Shown: positions 11,410-22,320 of the stretch, piece after piece | Numbering within the stretch: the first letter of the stretch is position 1 | Layout: each line of letters begins with the position of its first letter | Source: Piedraia hortae CBS 480.64 | Taxonomy: Eukaryota | Direction: 5' to 3' | Length of the DNA stretch: 64,000 bases | Assembly (NCBI GenBank): GCA_010093745.1 | Contig: MU005970.1 | Coordinates: forward strand, 143,549 to 207,548 | Program-made: the position numbers and the translations under genes | The notes under the pieces: model-generated | Told to the model about the DNA's origin: nothing | Database searches by the model: none | What the model saw: the letters and a program-made list of their open reading frames with translations, nothing else

Positions 11410-12822
11410 CTACAAAAGACTAGTGTGCAGGTCGGCCACAACTTCAGGTCCGTCGCCCCATAAGAGAGCTCGATCACCCCATCGTTGCGGATGTGGTGAG
11501 AGAAATTTGATTAATTTCTTCTCCATATCCACGTCGTCCACATATAGAAATCCCATCACTGCACTATCTCTAACGCTGACCTCTCCGCTTGCTGCGGGAC
11601 AGAGTTTTACAGCTATCAGTGATCCCGTCAACCCTACACTTGGTTCTATCACCTCCAGACCAGCTGCCGACGCGGGAGATTGTGGCTCATAGTCATCAAA
11701 ATCATTGTTAGTGGTATACCCGCGAGACTGTTGCGTCTGTGACTTGGCGCGGTAGATTGTAATCTCCCCAAAAGTCATGGCATGCGTATGCGGAGAGAGA
11801 ACCTGATCATCCCGCTTGCTGCCAAAGAAATACTCAATCGTCTGTTTTCTCCGAAGGAGCTTCATGTGAGCTGCGTCCCTGTCCACCACGCCGCCTGGTC
11901 TTGAAAGCTTCAACACTGTGGTTGCAGCGCCAAACTTGCGATTCAAGTCGTTGTAGAGTCGCTCAGAGCCTATGGACAGGATGGCATTGATGCTGAACTC
12001 CGATACAATGTGTGAAATGACTTGGTAGTTGCCCTTTGGATCATTCAGCTCCCCTGGAGTATCGATAATGAACCCGCCGTGTTTGACCTTCCGGTTCTCC
12101 TCCATCTTGCTCGTCATGCTAAGCGCCATTCGAGTCAGGAGTGATTTGTAAAACTCGGTATTGGACGCTATACTTTGAAACGGAAAGCTGTAGACCAGCG
12201 GTGTCTGAACTGGCACGAGGGTGGGACAAGCAATAGGACTTATGCCGAAACCATGCTCTGGATCTGGTGGAGTTGCAATCGTAGCGAGTGTGAGGCCCGA
12301 TGGTGGGCATAAAAGTCCCTCTCTGGGATCAAGATTTATTACTGAAGGTTGATGCTTCATTCTGACTCCCCATGCTGCCAGACACTGCACAAGGCTTGAT
12401 TTGCCGGTATTATTGGGTCCGACAACAAGTACTCGAGGCCCGTCACCCGGCTGCTCGCGGAGTTCTTCCAGCAGCCCGTGTGTATTTAGCCATTCTAACG
12501 CATAGTCGGTCTCCTGTGCACAATATTCGCTCTCAGCTTCCCCAGCTATCTCCATGGTACACCCTTGCCACGCAAAGATGGAGCCATTGTGGCCAGCAAG
12601 ATTATATAGCACGTTTAGCGCGAGCTCGGAACCGAAGAGTTCCGCATGACCATTCGTCAGCTTGATGTTGTATACCGATGCGCCTGCGGCCTCAAACCGC
12701 CATTCACTCTGCGGGGGAAGGTTTTCCGTTCTCGTCGCCGATGAAGCTGCTTCGCCGCCTGGCGGAGGAACCGAACCTAGTTCTAACCCTAGTCCTGGGA
12801 GGTCTAAACCAGGCAATGCCAT
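11410..12822 (-). CDS. CLP1: mRNA cleavage and polyadenylation factor / polynucleotide 5'-kinase Clp1
   Basis: EWRFE, GHAELFGSEL, P-loop GPNNTGKS, IIDTPG, SERLYNDL, GGVVDRD. Confidence 0.93.
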   Translation of the reverse strand: MALPGLDLPGLGLELGSVPPPGGEAASSATRTENLPPQSEWRFEAAGASVYNIKLTNGHAELFGSELALNVLYNLAGHNGSIFAWQGCTMEIAGEAESEYCAQETDYALEWLNTHGLLEELREQPGDGPRVLVVGPNNTGKSSLVQCLAAWGVRMKHQPSVINLDPREGLLCPPSGLTLATIATPPDPEHGFGISPIACPTLVPVQTPLVYSFPFQSIASNTEFYKSLLTRMALSMTSKMEENRKVKHGGFIIDTPGELNDPKGNYQVISHIVSEFSINAILSIGSERLYNDLNRKFGAATTVLKLSRPGGVVDRDAAHMKLLRRKQTIEYFFGSKRDDQVLSPHTHAMTFGEITIYRAKSQTQQSRGYTTNNDFDDYEPQSPASAAGLEVIEPSVGLTGSLIAVKLCPAASGEVSVRDSAVMGFLYVDDVDMEKKLIKFLSPHPQRWGDRALLWGDGPEVVADLHTSLL

Positions 12823-12962
12823 GTTGTTACTGATATTCTACAAAGTTGTGGGAGGGAAAGAACTAATTTTTGGCCGGAAACGGCTAGTCGGCGGGAGTTG
12901 CCGCTGCCAGTAAGTCAACCAACTTCACCCGTCTATCGCGATATCAATTACATACACTTCTC

Positions 12963-13934
12963 TCAGGCTGACTGAATCAGCGCTTGCATCTGCTTCTCCA
13001 CGTTTATCAGACCAGCTATGACGTTTTCGTCCTTTCCCTGGCCGGGCGTCCAATGGGCGTGGGCGAAATCTATCAGCTTAACCTTGGACGTCACGGGCGG
13101 GGCCTCTTCGTCCTCGCTGTCTTCTGCCTCCTTTGAAGTCTGCCGTGGTTGATCCGCCATGACTTCTCTCAGTGCGCTTCCATCGCCTTCATATACGACC
13201 AAGATGCTGGCGCCGTACATGCGGCTCTCCTTGGTCTCTAATGCCTTTCGCAGTTCCCTGATATCGGCTTCGATATCCTTCAACGCCCTAGCTGCAGCGC
13301 TAGCTGGTAGCTCAGCTTTGAGGCCACGGAAAAAAGTTTGAAATGACTCGCCCACGTTCTCTGCGGTGAGTTGCCGACCATAAAACTTGTCATAAACGTC
13401 GGTAGTTTGGCCGTTCCACACGCGCATACCGGTATTGCGAAACCCGAGGCTGCCGCTGGTTGTTTCCGCCGATACCTTTTTCATTCTCTCGACCTTATCG
13501 GGAGCGGTATCATCATCGTAAAGCCTGGACCCAAGCTTGATATCCATGATGCTAGGATGCTTGAATCCATGCTCCAGATTCTCCAGCACGATAGCGAGTT
13601 CGGTCTTGATCTTGGTTCCAAACAATTGCTTGGAGTGGGCTTTGCTACCCGGCAGCACTTCGCTACCCGCGTTTTCTGCAACCATCTCTTGCGCGGCTGC
13701 AGTCTTGGCTACATTTGCGGGAGCTCCGAGCTGCAACGTGCCCATAAAACTCGGCATGAACCGAGTAAAATCTTCATGCTGAAGCAGTGTTTCTTGGTAA
13801 AAGTCTGCTTCGGCTTGAGTACATGGCTTGACGATGATCTCTCCAGAAGCATCCGCGAGAACGCCCTCGTGGCCTGCTGCTGCTCCACCATAGGCTGTCA
13901 GGCCCGCGGGATCCATGTCTTTGCTACGTTGCAT
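12963..13934 (-). CDS. ARG82: inositol polyphosphate multikinase
   Basis: AAGHEGVL, IVLENL..F.HPSIMDIKLGSRLY (PxxxDxKxG), SILVVYEGD, KLIDFAHA. The true start may be the second Met (MDPAG). Confidence 0.9.
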   Translation of the reverse strand: MQRSKDMDPAGLTAYGGAAAGHEGVLADASGEIIVKPCTQAEADFYQETLLQHEDFTRFMPSFMGTLQLGAPANVAKTAAAQEMVAENAGSEVLPGSKAHSKQLFGTKIKTELAIVLENLEHGFKHPSIMDIKLGSRLYDDDTAPDKVERMKKVSAETTSGSLGFRNTGMRVWNGQTTDVYDKFYGRQLTAENVGESFQTFFRGLKAELPASAAARALKDIEADIRELRKALETKESRMYGASILVVYEGDGSALREVMADQPRQTSKEAEDSEDEEAPPVTSKVKLIDFAHAHWTPGQGKDENVIAGLINVEKQMQALIQSA

Positions 13935-14691
13935 GCGCGCAGGAGAGAAGGAATGGGAATTAGACTTTCTACCGGAGTTAGGAGGTATGAATACACGTGT
14001 GTCACTATAACTACTTTGCTCCTTCGGCTTGTGTCACTCCCAGATCAGCGGGGCTGCCCCACTTCTAAGGGCTCAACTGAACGTGTGACGTGCAGGCTGC
14101 GAGTCATCTCGGTACGACAGGGATCATCCCCAGGGACGCAGCATCAGTCGTTTAATCAGGCTGGAAAGGGTAGCCGTGAATGTCCCAGGTTAATCAATAG
14201 ACTTTGGGGCTAGATGGTCGAATGATCGCCGAGATGCTTGATTGATTGATTGCCTCACACGTGGCATGTATTGTAGAGAATCAAGTGATTAATGTCGCGT
14301 AGCATCGTAGAATTCCATGCCTCGATGTGGGCGACATTGCTACCCATGGCATCAAGGGCCAATGAATGTGTTAACGAATGACTATTACTTAGCTGAAATG
14401 TTTGAAGCACCGGACGTTCTGTTCAGTTACTCTATAGCATTTCTCGCTGGAAGACCTGAATGGAACCAAGGCAGATTTTTCCACGTCAGAACCCCGGCAT
14501 CCAGATGATGAAGGATCGCCATGATGCCTGAGGCATTGACTGTTCTAATTGGCAAGCGCGGCTCGGCGCTAGTGCCTAACAGCACACACGTACATACACC
14601 ACATTGCGCAAACAAAGTTTGTAGTCTCCGATCTTTCCACTGGCAATACAAGCTACTCTTACCAGCAGCCTCCAACACTACAACATCACCA

Positions 14692-16419
14692 ATGGCCGCG
14701 CAAGTAGCGCCACCGCCGGAGATGCCTCCCATCACCGTTAACGATTGGTTTCAATCCCGAGCTCTGCCGGGCGATGCATCGGAGAACGGTCCCCATCCAC
14801 AGGAGGAAGAAATCATCCGCCAAGTCGACTATTACTTCAGCGACGAGAACCTCCCTCACGACCAGCATCTCTTAGCCCTCACCGGCGGGGACGGAAACGG
14901 TATCGTCCGCCTCTCCGACATCACCCGTTTTCCCCGGATGAGAAAATTCAAACAACCTTCCAAAGTCCGCGCCGCCATCTCCAAATGCGAGCTCGTCGTC
15001 TTCGTCGACAAAAAGCACATTAGACGCAAACACCCCCTCACATCTCCCATCACCGTAACCCCCGAATTCAAAGGTCCCGAGAACGACCGCCCCCCACCCC
15101 GTCTCAAATCCGGCCCTAAGTCCACCGGTTTTGAAGCCGACGCAGTGGAAGCCGACCCTACCGCAGAACAACGCGAACAAGAACTCGCACAGTACGACCC
15201 CGAAAACTCCCTGTCCACCCGCATCGAATACGCCATCTTCAAATTCTGCGACGGCCGCAAAATGCAACAAGAGTCCCGCAGAATCTTTTCCAAGTTCGTC
15301 CTCTTCGGCGGCTTCGTCCATAACCCCAAACTCTGCCAGGGCGGGATGACGAAAAAAGAGATCAAAGAATCCGGCGATGACGAGCAGGCCGCGTCGGATT
15401 TCATCCTCATGGACGAAGTCAGCGAAGCGATTTTCAATGCAGAGGACGGATTACCCGCGAAATGGGTTGTTGATTTTGAGGCTGTAGCAAAAGGATTCCT
15501 TGGGTCGAGGTTTCAGGGTACGATTTCAAGGGGATTTGACGATGATATTCACGAATCGGCACAGATTTTGAGAAAGTTCTTTCAGTATATAATTCTGAAA
15601 CAGGTTTGTCCCGAGTATGGGGAGAATTTGCAGGCTGCGTTGAGGGTTTGTACCAAAGCGCAGAATGAGATGCCGAAGATTACGAGGTTGGGAAGGGAAC
15701 TGCCGGATTCGTTTAATAAGGCTTGTGCTACGGTATGTGAGGGGAAAAAGGATGAAAAGGAGGGGGTTAAGTGGTGGAATGAATCTGAATGTGTGCCTGG
15801 GTTAAGTTATGAGCATGCGATGCTGATTTTGAAGCTGGGGCTTGCTGCGCATGGGACGGAGGAGCAATATGAAAAGGGGAATGCGGTTCTAATTGTCAAT
15901 GGACCGGGACTGACTGTGATATCTGAAGAGGAAGAGGTAGGATTGGAAATCGTGCAGGTCGAACTCCCGTCGCAGGAAACTAAAGCAATGTACGAAAACA
16001 TTGCGAAACGATACAAGGATCAACTGAATATCAAGACCACGGGAAAGTTGATCTGCAAGCGCTGGACGATTCCGAACAACCCACCGATTGACCTTCCCGA
16101 GCATGTCTTGGAAGAGATGAAGGAGTATGAAGCCTCGCATCAGGATTTTACGTTTATTGTTGATGAGAATGTCCTCAAGGATTGCGAGCCGGGGATGACG
16201 ATCGAGGCGAAAGTGAAGACATTTGATGTGGGACTGAGCTTTATCGATGCGGTCTATACCTGCCATCCGTCGTTCTATGTGTGGTTGGCGAACGAGACGA
16301 TTTCGGACTGGAAGGAGCCGGATGATCTCGTAAAGATTGATATTCCCCTCCCCGAGGGAGAATTGCCGGAGCTGAAGGAGGATGATGAATTGAGTGAGTT
16401 GAGTGATGAGATGCCTTAG
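14692..16419 (+). CDS. ARB1: Argonaute-binding protein Arb1-like with an N-terminal La-motif domain
   Basis: La motif IIRQVDYYFSDENLPHDQHL...VRLSDITRFPRMRK, followed by Arb1-like STGFE..ADPT.EQ..QELAQYDPE.SLSTRIEYAI.KF...RKM...RRIFSKFVLFGG, WVVDFEAVAKGFL, ILRKFFQYI...VCPEY and C-terminal PSFYVWLANE. Confidence 0.8.
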   Translation: MAAQVAPPPEMPPITVNDWFQSRALPGDASENGPHPQEEEIIRQVDYYFSDENLPHDQHLLALTGGDGNGIVRLSDITRFPRMRKFKQPSKVRAAISKCELVVFVDKKHIRRKHPLTSPITVTPEFKGPENDRPPPRLKSGPKSTGFEADAVEADPTAEQREQELAQYDPENSLSTRIEYAIFKFCDGRKMQQESRRIFSKFVLFGGFVHNPKLCQGGMTKKEIKESGDDEQAASDFILMDEVSEAIFNAEDGLPAKWVVDFEAVAKGFLGSRFQGTISRGFDDDIHESAQILRKFFQYIILKQVCPEYGENLQAALRVCTKAQNEMPKITRLGRELPDSFNKACATVCEGKKDEKEGVKWWNESECVPGLSYEHAMLILKLGLAAHGTEEQYEKGNAVLIVNGPGLTVISEEEEVGLEIVQVELPSQETKAMYENIAKRYKDQLNIKTTGKLICKRWTIPNNPPIDLPEHVLEEMKEYEASHQDFTFIVDENVLKDCEPGMTIEAKVKTFDVGLSFIDAVYTCHPSFYVWLANETISDWKEPDDLVKIDIPLPEGELPELKEDDELSELSDEMP

Positions 16420-16519
16420 CATGCATAGTGTAGAAATGATGCAATGGTCATTTGTCAGCATACCGCCACAAGTGTCTAGATGTCCCTCTCCATGTTGCTT
16501 TTCCTCTTGTATCTGAACA

Positions 16520-17515
16520 ATGGCTGATCAAATACCAAAGGAGATGAAGGGCGTGCTAATCGACAAAACGGGAGGCACAGAAGTGCTGCAATACCTAACC
16601 AATCTGCCCGTCCCTGAAGCCGGAGACGGACAGGTCGTGGTCAAGAACGACTACATCGGAATCAACTACATTGACACATACTTCCGCACGGGTCTCTACG
16701 CGGCAGAGCAATTCCCTCTTATCCTCGGCCGCGAAGCAGAAGGGACAGTCGTCAAAGTCGGACCTGGTGAAGTCTATGGACTCAAAGTAGGAGACAAGGT
16801 GGCATACATGAGTGAGAGCACTTATGCTGAATACACCGCTGCAAAAGCCTCCAAGGTTGTCAAGTGGCCTTTTGACTCCAGAGTCGGAGCTGCATCGCTC
16901 TTGCAAGGTCTCACGGCACTGACGCTTATTCGGGAATCGCATCATGTGCAAAAGGGGGACTGGGTGTTGGTGCACGCTGCTGCAGGAGGTACGGGTCTCT
17001 TGCTATGCCAGCTACTAAAAGCTGTTGGTGCAAATGTCATTGGAACCGCATCAACACCTGAGAAGCTTGAAGCTGCCAAACGTGCTGGGGCGACGCATGT
17101 GATTAATTACACCAAAGAGGATGTCAAGGCTGAAGTCATGGCACTTACTGACAACAAGGGCTGTATTGCCGTTTTCGATGGAGTGGGTAAGTCCACGTTT
17201 GATCTTTCATTGGAGTGTGTTGCTCGCAAAGGTACGTTGGTGTCGTTTGGGAATGCGTCTGGCATTGTGCCCCCAGTTCCACTTGCGAAGCTCGTGCAGA
17301 AGAATAACAAGTTGGTTCGTCCGACTTTGATGAATTACATTACGGAGCAAGAAGAATTTGAGACGTATGCAAAGGATCTACTGAAGTTCATTGAGAATGG
17401 AGAGTTGGAGGTGAAGATACACAAGGTATATCCGCTGAGCGAGGTCGCTCAGGCTCATTCGGATTTGGAAGGGAGGAAGACGAGCGGCAAGCTGCTGTTA
17501 GACCCGACCAAGTAG
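16520..17515 (+). CDS. ZTA1: NADPH:quinone oxidoreductase (zeta-crystallin-like MDR)
   Basis: GINYIDTYFRTGLY, LGREAEG, HAAAGGTG, FDGVGKSTF, VSFGNASG, LEGRKTSGKLLL. Confidence 0.92.
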   Translation: MADQIPKEMKGVLIDKTGGTEVLQYLTNLPVPEAGDGQVVVKNDYIGINYIDTYFRTGLYAAEQFPLILGREAEGTVVKVGPGEVYGLKVGDKVAYMSESTYAEYTAAKASKVVKWPFDSRVGAASLLQGLTALTLIRESHHVQKGDWVLVHAAAGGTGLLLCQLLKAVGANVIGTASTPEKLEAAKRAGATHVINYTKEDVKAEVMALTDNKGCIAVFDGVGKSTFDLSLECVARKGTLVSFGNASGIVPPVPLAKLVQKNNKLVRPTLMNYITEQEEFETYAKDLLKFIENGELEVKIHKVYPLSEVAQAHSDLEGRKTSGKLLLDPTK

Positions 17516-17676
17516 TTGTGTACATACACACTCTGTAGTTTACCCGACGAGATGAAGATGCCCCACCATGTTTGTGCCACAGTACGTCATTGCAAGGTGG
17601 GGGGGTTTTAGGTGTTTTTGTGGCGGGGTTCCGACAAAAAACACCATCAAGACAGACATTCCAAAGGACTGCCATC

Positions 17677-18166
17677 ATGAGCCAAGCTCAATCAAACGTC
17701 GGAAGCCGTGCCATCTACGAGGCTGGTGACCAGGTAATGTGGCTGGCTGACAGCAAGCCAACTCTGACATGTACAGAGGCCTCATGGCAACGAAATGGAC
17801 AACAAGGAAGCCTACCACGAGGGCGAGAAGCATGCTCACAAGAACCTTGATTCCAGTATGCATATAAATGCCAAGACGTTGAGTGCTGACAGGAGCAGAG
17901 GATGAGCGCAGCATCGCCAACAAGCTAGCCGCCGAGTCCAAGGATGAGAAGAAGCCCGAGGAAAAGGACCTGGAAACCGTTCAGGCTCAAAAGGACCCCA
18001 CTCTTCCTGTAGGTTGCAATGAGAATGACAATTGACATGACTGATTTTCATGCAGGCCATTAGCCACGGCAACGAGCCTTCCAAGGGCGCCAAGATTGAC
18101 AAGCAAATTCAGGAAGAGGAGGAGGAGCTTCTGAAGAAAAAGGGCCACTGGGGACCCAAGAACTAG
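17677..18166 (+). CDS. small hydrophilic conserved fungal protein (4 exons, unknown function)
   Basis: Three GT..CTGAY..AG introns join MSQAQSNVGSRAIYEAGDQ-RPHGNEMDNKEAYHEGEKHAHKNLDS-KDERSIANKLAAE...KDPTLP-AISHGNEPSKGAKIDKQIQEEEEELLKKKGHWGPKN*. The ORF track does not recover it. Confidence 0.8.
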
Positions 18167-18265
18167 GTAGCTGACTTGTATGAGTTGTTCCTAGACGTTT
18201 TTCGTGGATCTCTTGGCCACGTGGCTTGGCAAGCGACATGCAACTCCATAATTAAAATCCCCACC

Positions 18266-21200
18266 ATGGGCCAGGGCTACTCCACGCTGCCCGTCGGCCC
18301 CAACGCCGTTGAAGCGGCGGAGTTGACTGACCTTACGTTTGAGCGCGGGCTGGGCGGAGCCCGTTTCTGGAAGACCGTGCGGGCCAGAGACGCCCAGGGC
18401 GTGGTTATAGCCAAAGTATGCATGAAAGTAGACCCGAATGTATCGTTCAAAAAGTATGCGAAAGCGCTGCGACAAGAGCGCGAGGCGATAAAAGGCGTGT
18501 CCAATGTTCTGCCATACCAGTACATGCACGAGACCAACTCGTTTGGCTTGCTGGTGAGACCATACATCCAGTCTTCGCTATACGACCGCATAAGCATCCG
18601 ACCCTTTCTGGAGAATATCGAGAAGAAATGGATCGCGTTTCAGCTCCTATGCGCTGTACGCGATTGTCATTCCCGCGGCGTCTTCCACGGTGATATCAAG
18701 ACGGAAAACGTTCTAGTCACATCCTGGTCCTGGGTCTATCTCTGCGACTTTTCATCGGCCATAAAACCCGCCTATCTTCCAGAGGACAACCCGGCTGACT
18801 TTTCGTACTACTTTGACACCACCGCCAGACGGACGTGCTACCTTGCCCCCGAACGCTTCCTCGCAGCCGGCCAGAAGCCAGTGCAAGATGAGGTTGTGCA
18901 GTGGAACATGGACATTTTCAGCCTCGGCTGCGTCTTGGCTGAGTTGTTCACCGAATCGCCTACGTTTACGCTGAGTCAATTGTTCAATTATCGTAAGGGA
19001 GAATACGACCCAACAGCGAGTTTGTTGAGTAAGATCAACGACCAGCATGTTCGGGATTTGATTGGAAGCATGTTGAAGCTGAACCCCGAAGAGAGATGGC
19101 ATGCGCAGGATTACCTGGATGAGTACAAGGACAAGGCGTTTCCGCTCTACTTTTACCAGCATCTACATGTTTTGATGCAGGAGATTACAGATCCGAGAGC
19201 AGGACAGAAGAGAGCAAGCAATGCTGGTATCTCGGACGATCGCATAAATCGGTTATATGACGACTTTGAGATGATCTCCGCCTCTCTGGGGTACAGCGCG
19301 TCGAATGCCGAAGCCACGTCTGATGGACAGCTTTTTCCATTGCAGATTGACCTCCCCAATGTCCGTCACACGGCTGAAGCGAATCAGGAGAATAGCGGGA
19401 CGTTCATCCTCTTGAATGTAGTCACCTCATCGCTTCGTAGCGCGGGTTGGGCAACTACCAAGATGCACGCTTGCGAGTTGTTCCTTGCGTTTGGCGAGCG
19501 GCTCACAGACGAAGCGAGATTGGATCGAATATTGCCATATGCCATGCTTCTTCTTGACGATCCTCACGAAATGGTGCTCGTGTCCGCCCTACGCACAATG
19601 ACACACCTCCTGGCCATGGTGAGAGTTGTCTCCCCGATCAACTCTTTGCTTTTCACGCAGTACGTCTTCCCTCGGCTGCAGACATTCATCAGAGGGACTG
19701 CGTTCAAGAATAATCCCATTGTGCGGGCTACTTTTGCAGCATGTTTGACGAGTCTTGCGGAGACGGCGATACGCTTTCTGGACCTGATGCAGGCACTCGG
19801 AGCGGAGGATGCCCTTCCTTCCAATGACAAGGATGATACCTACACAGCGACCCATGCTGAGATCATGGAATTCGTCTCCGCCCAGACACGTCTCTGTCTT
19901 ACAGACGACTCTGTTTCTGTGAGACGGGCTTTCCTTCCATTCATCCCACGTCTGTGCATCTTCTTCAGCTCATCAAGGGTAATCAGCGAGGTCATTCTCG
20001 TTCACCTGAACACGTATCTAAACGACTCCCCATGGGAACTCAGACGAGCCTTCTTCCGCACAGTGGTTGGCGTAGCAGTGTACATGGGCGTGGCTATCCT
20101 CGAAGAGTTCTTCCTCCCGCTCATGCTGCAAGCTTTGAGCGATAAGCAGGAATTTGTCATTGAGCAAGTCCTACGTTCGCTGGCCACGATGGCGGAGCTG
20201 GGACTCTTCCAAAGAGAAAAGTCCTACGTCCTAATTGATATCGTTGCGAGGTTTCTGTTACATCCAAACGGCTGGATCAAAGAAGCTGCAGCGCATTTCA
20301 TCTCCGCCTCAACGACGTTTATGACCGCCCCGGAAACACGCATCATCGTCTTGCCCCGTGTGCGGCCTTATCTCAAGTATCCTATTGCAGATTTCCACGA
20401 AGTAGAGCTATTAGATGCACTCACGCAGCCGCTGCAACGGGGCGTTTTCGAGCTCGCTGTCGAATGGGCACGACGTGATCAAGCACAACGAGAGGGTAGT
20501 GCTTTCTGGAAACGGGTCAAACCTTCAACTCAGACAGTCACGGAACTTGTTCCCAAGTCGCTTGCTAAATTGGCAAAAACGGAGGAGGATAACGCTTGGT
20601 TGAACCGGCTCCGCAGCGCAGGAATGCAGAGCAACGATGAGGGGAAGATTCTCGTGTTAGGGGAGTACATCTACCGCATCGCACGAGGACAAAAAGGTCC
20701 CCCAGAAAGCCATCCCGATGAGAACTACGATAGAGTCATCCCCCTCTCGAAGCAGCCCTTGCGAGTAATGACCGTGCAATGGGATCAGGACAACTCACAA
20801 ACCACTACAACAGCGTCAATCAGAGAAGCCCTCGAAGAAGCTGTCTCTTCGGGGAAAACTGTCTCCAAAGAACCCACAATCCCAGTTCACAACTACCAGG
20901 GCAACTCCTCCAACGTGCACGAGCTCCTCACAAAACTCAGCGTGGACACTCAACCGCTCGAAACCACAACCTTCTCCCCCCGGGTCCACCCATATTCCCC
21001 CCCAACCACAGCGCCATTCAAACTCAAAGGCCAAATAATCGCCAACCTCTCCGAAAACCTCTCCCCTATAACCTGTCTGACCATCTCCCCCGACCAAACC
21101 TTCTTCCTCACCGGCTCGCGAGACGGCAGTATCAAAACCTGGGACACGGCTAGGCTAGAGCGGAATCTCTCCCACCGCGCGCGAAGCAGCTTTACCCTCT

Positions 21201-22183
21201 CCTCCCCCATCACCTCCCTAACCTTTATCCCTCAAACTCACGTCTTCGCCTGCTCCACTCAAGCGGGTGAAATTTCCCTCTACAAGGTAAACTACACCGC
21301 GCCTGCATCGTCTCACGAGCAGGGGAAGTATCGCAAAGCGACGCACCTCTCATCCTACACATTTAGTCAAGGGGAATACGCGGTATCCTTGCAGAACCAC
21401 CACCCCGACGGCCTGATGGGTATTACCAACCAGTCCCGCATCGTCGACCTCAACCTTAGAACCATGACCGTGAGCTTATCCCTCCTCAACCCCGTTACGT
21501 ACGGAATCCCAACCTCATTCCTCCCCTCAAGAAAAAGGGATTTTATATTAGTAGCCACGAACCTGGGAGTATTAAGTCTCTGGGATTTGAGGTTTAATAT
21601 CCTTTTGAAGAGTTGGGTTGTTACGCCGCAAGCGGCGATTGGGGACTTGAGAACAGTCCCGTCACGGAAGAGTGGGAGGAGGAATTGGACTGCTGTTGCG
21701 GCTGGTGGGGAGGTGGTTGTTTTTGATGTGGAGAGGGGGGAGGTGAAGGAAGGATTTGTGCCGGGTGGGGGAATGGGAGGACATGGTGGATACGAAGGAC
21801 CCCGTGGCTCCCCGGGAAGTACACTCCGCAGACTTGAGGACCAGATACTAGAGATTCCTGAGCGGGGCAGGGGAGTGGCGATGTGTTTCGCCCCCGGAGA
21901 GGGGAGGTTAGTTACGGCGGGGCCGGGAGGGTGGGTTCGTGGGTGGGACGTTGACGGGAAGAATACTTGGGGGGTGTCGATGGATGGGGAACAACGGGAG
22001 GGGTCTAGGGTGGAGGGTAGGAATGGAGGTAGAGTTGTCACAACCGAGGAGCAGCAGGGAAAGAAGGTAAGTGGGGATTGGTGGGGATTAGGTGGTGAAG
22101 AGATTTCGATGGTTGAGATGTTGGAGAGGCCGTTTGAGTGCTTGCTTCTTGTGGTGGGGGGAAGGGTGGTTGTTGTTGAGTAG
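18266..22183 (+). CDS. VPS15: PI3-kinase regulatory subunit Vps15 (kinase-like, HEAT, WD40)
   Basis: Myristoylation-type start MGQGYS, SLYDRISIRPFLENIEKKWIAFQLL, HGDIKTEN, CYLAPERF, WD40 region TGSRDGSIKTWD. Confidence 0.95.
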   Translation: MGQGYSTLPVGPNAVEAAELTDLTFERGLGGARFWKTVRARDAQGVVIAKVCMKVDPNVSFKKYAKALRQEREAIKGVSNVLPYQYMHETNSFGLLVRPYIQSSLYDRISIRPFLENIEKKWIAFQLLCAVRDCHSRGVFHGDIKTENVLVTSWSWVYLCDFSSAIKPAYLPEDNPADFSYYFDTTARRTCYLAPERFLAAGQKPVQDEVVQWNMDIFSLGCVLAELFTESPTFTLSQLFNYRKGEYDPTASLLSKINDQHVRDLIGSMLKLNPEERWHAQDYLDEYKDKAFPLYFYQHLHVLMQEITDPRAGQKRASNAGISDDRINRLYDDFEMISASLGYSASNAEATSDGQLFPLQIDLPNVRHTAEANQENSGTFILLNVVTSSLRSAGWATTKMHACELFLAFGERLTDEARLDRILPYAMLLLDDPHEMVLVSALRTMTHLLAMVRVVSPINSLLFTQYVFPRLQTFIRGTAFKNNPIVRATFAACLTSLAETAIRFLDLMQALGAEDALPSNDKDDTYTATHAEIMEFVSAQTRLCLTDDSVSVRRAFLPFIPRLCIFFSSSRVISEVILVHLNTYLNDSPWELRRAFFRTVVGVAVYMGVAILEEFFLPLMLQALSDKQEFVIEQVLRSLATMAELGLFQREKSYVLIDIVARFLLHPNGWIKEAAAHFISASTTFMTAPETRIIVLPRVRPYLKYPIADFHEVELLDALTQPLQRGVFELAVEWARRDQAQREGSAFWKRVKPSTQTVTELVPKSLAKLAKTEEDNAWLNRLRSAGMQSNDEGKILVLGEYIYRIARGQKGPPESHPDENYDRVIPLSKQPLRVMTVQWDQDNSQTTTTASIREALEEAVSSGKTVSKEPTIPVHNYQGNSSNVHELLTKLSVDTQPLETTTFSPRVHPYSPPTTAPFKLKGQIIANLSENLSPITCLTISPDQTFFLTGSRDGSIKTWDTARLERNLSHRARSSFTLSSPITSLTFIPQTHVFACSTQAGEISLYKVNYTAPASSHEQGKYRKATHLSSYTFSQGEYAVSLQNHHPDGLMGITNQSRIVDLNLRTMTVSLSLLNPVTYGIPTSFLPSRKRDFILVATNLGVLSLWDLRFNILLKSWVVTPQAAIGDLRTVPSRKSGRRNWTAVAAGGEVVVFDVERGEVKEGFVPGGGMGGHGGYEGPRGSPGSTLRRLEDQILEIPERGRGVAMCFAPGEGRLVTAGPGGWVRGWDVDGKNTWGVSMDGEQREGSRVEGRNGGRVVTTEEQQGKKVSGDWWGLGGEEISMVEMLERPFECLLLVVGGRVVVVE

Positions 22184-22320
22184 ATGCCATGGTTTCCATG
22201 TTGGGTGCTTTGCATGGATATAGCATTGATGCGGGTCCATCTCGACCACAGAATACACCCCCAGCATGACATATCCCATGGCATGAAACATCCCACAATT
22301 TCTTTCTCTACTATACACTA

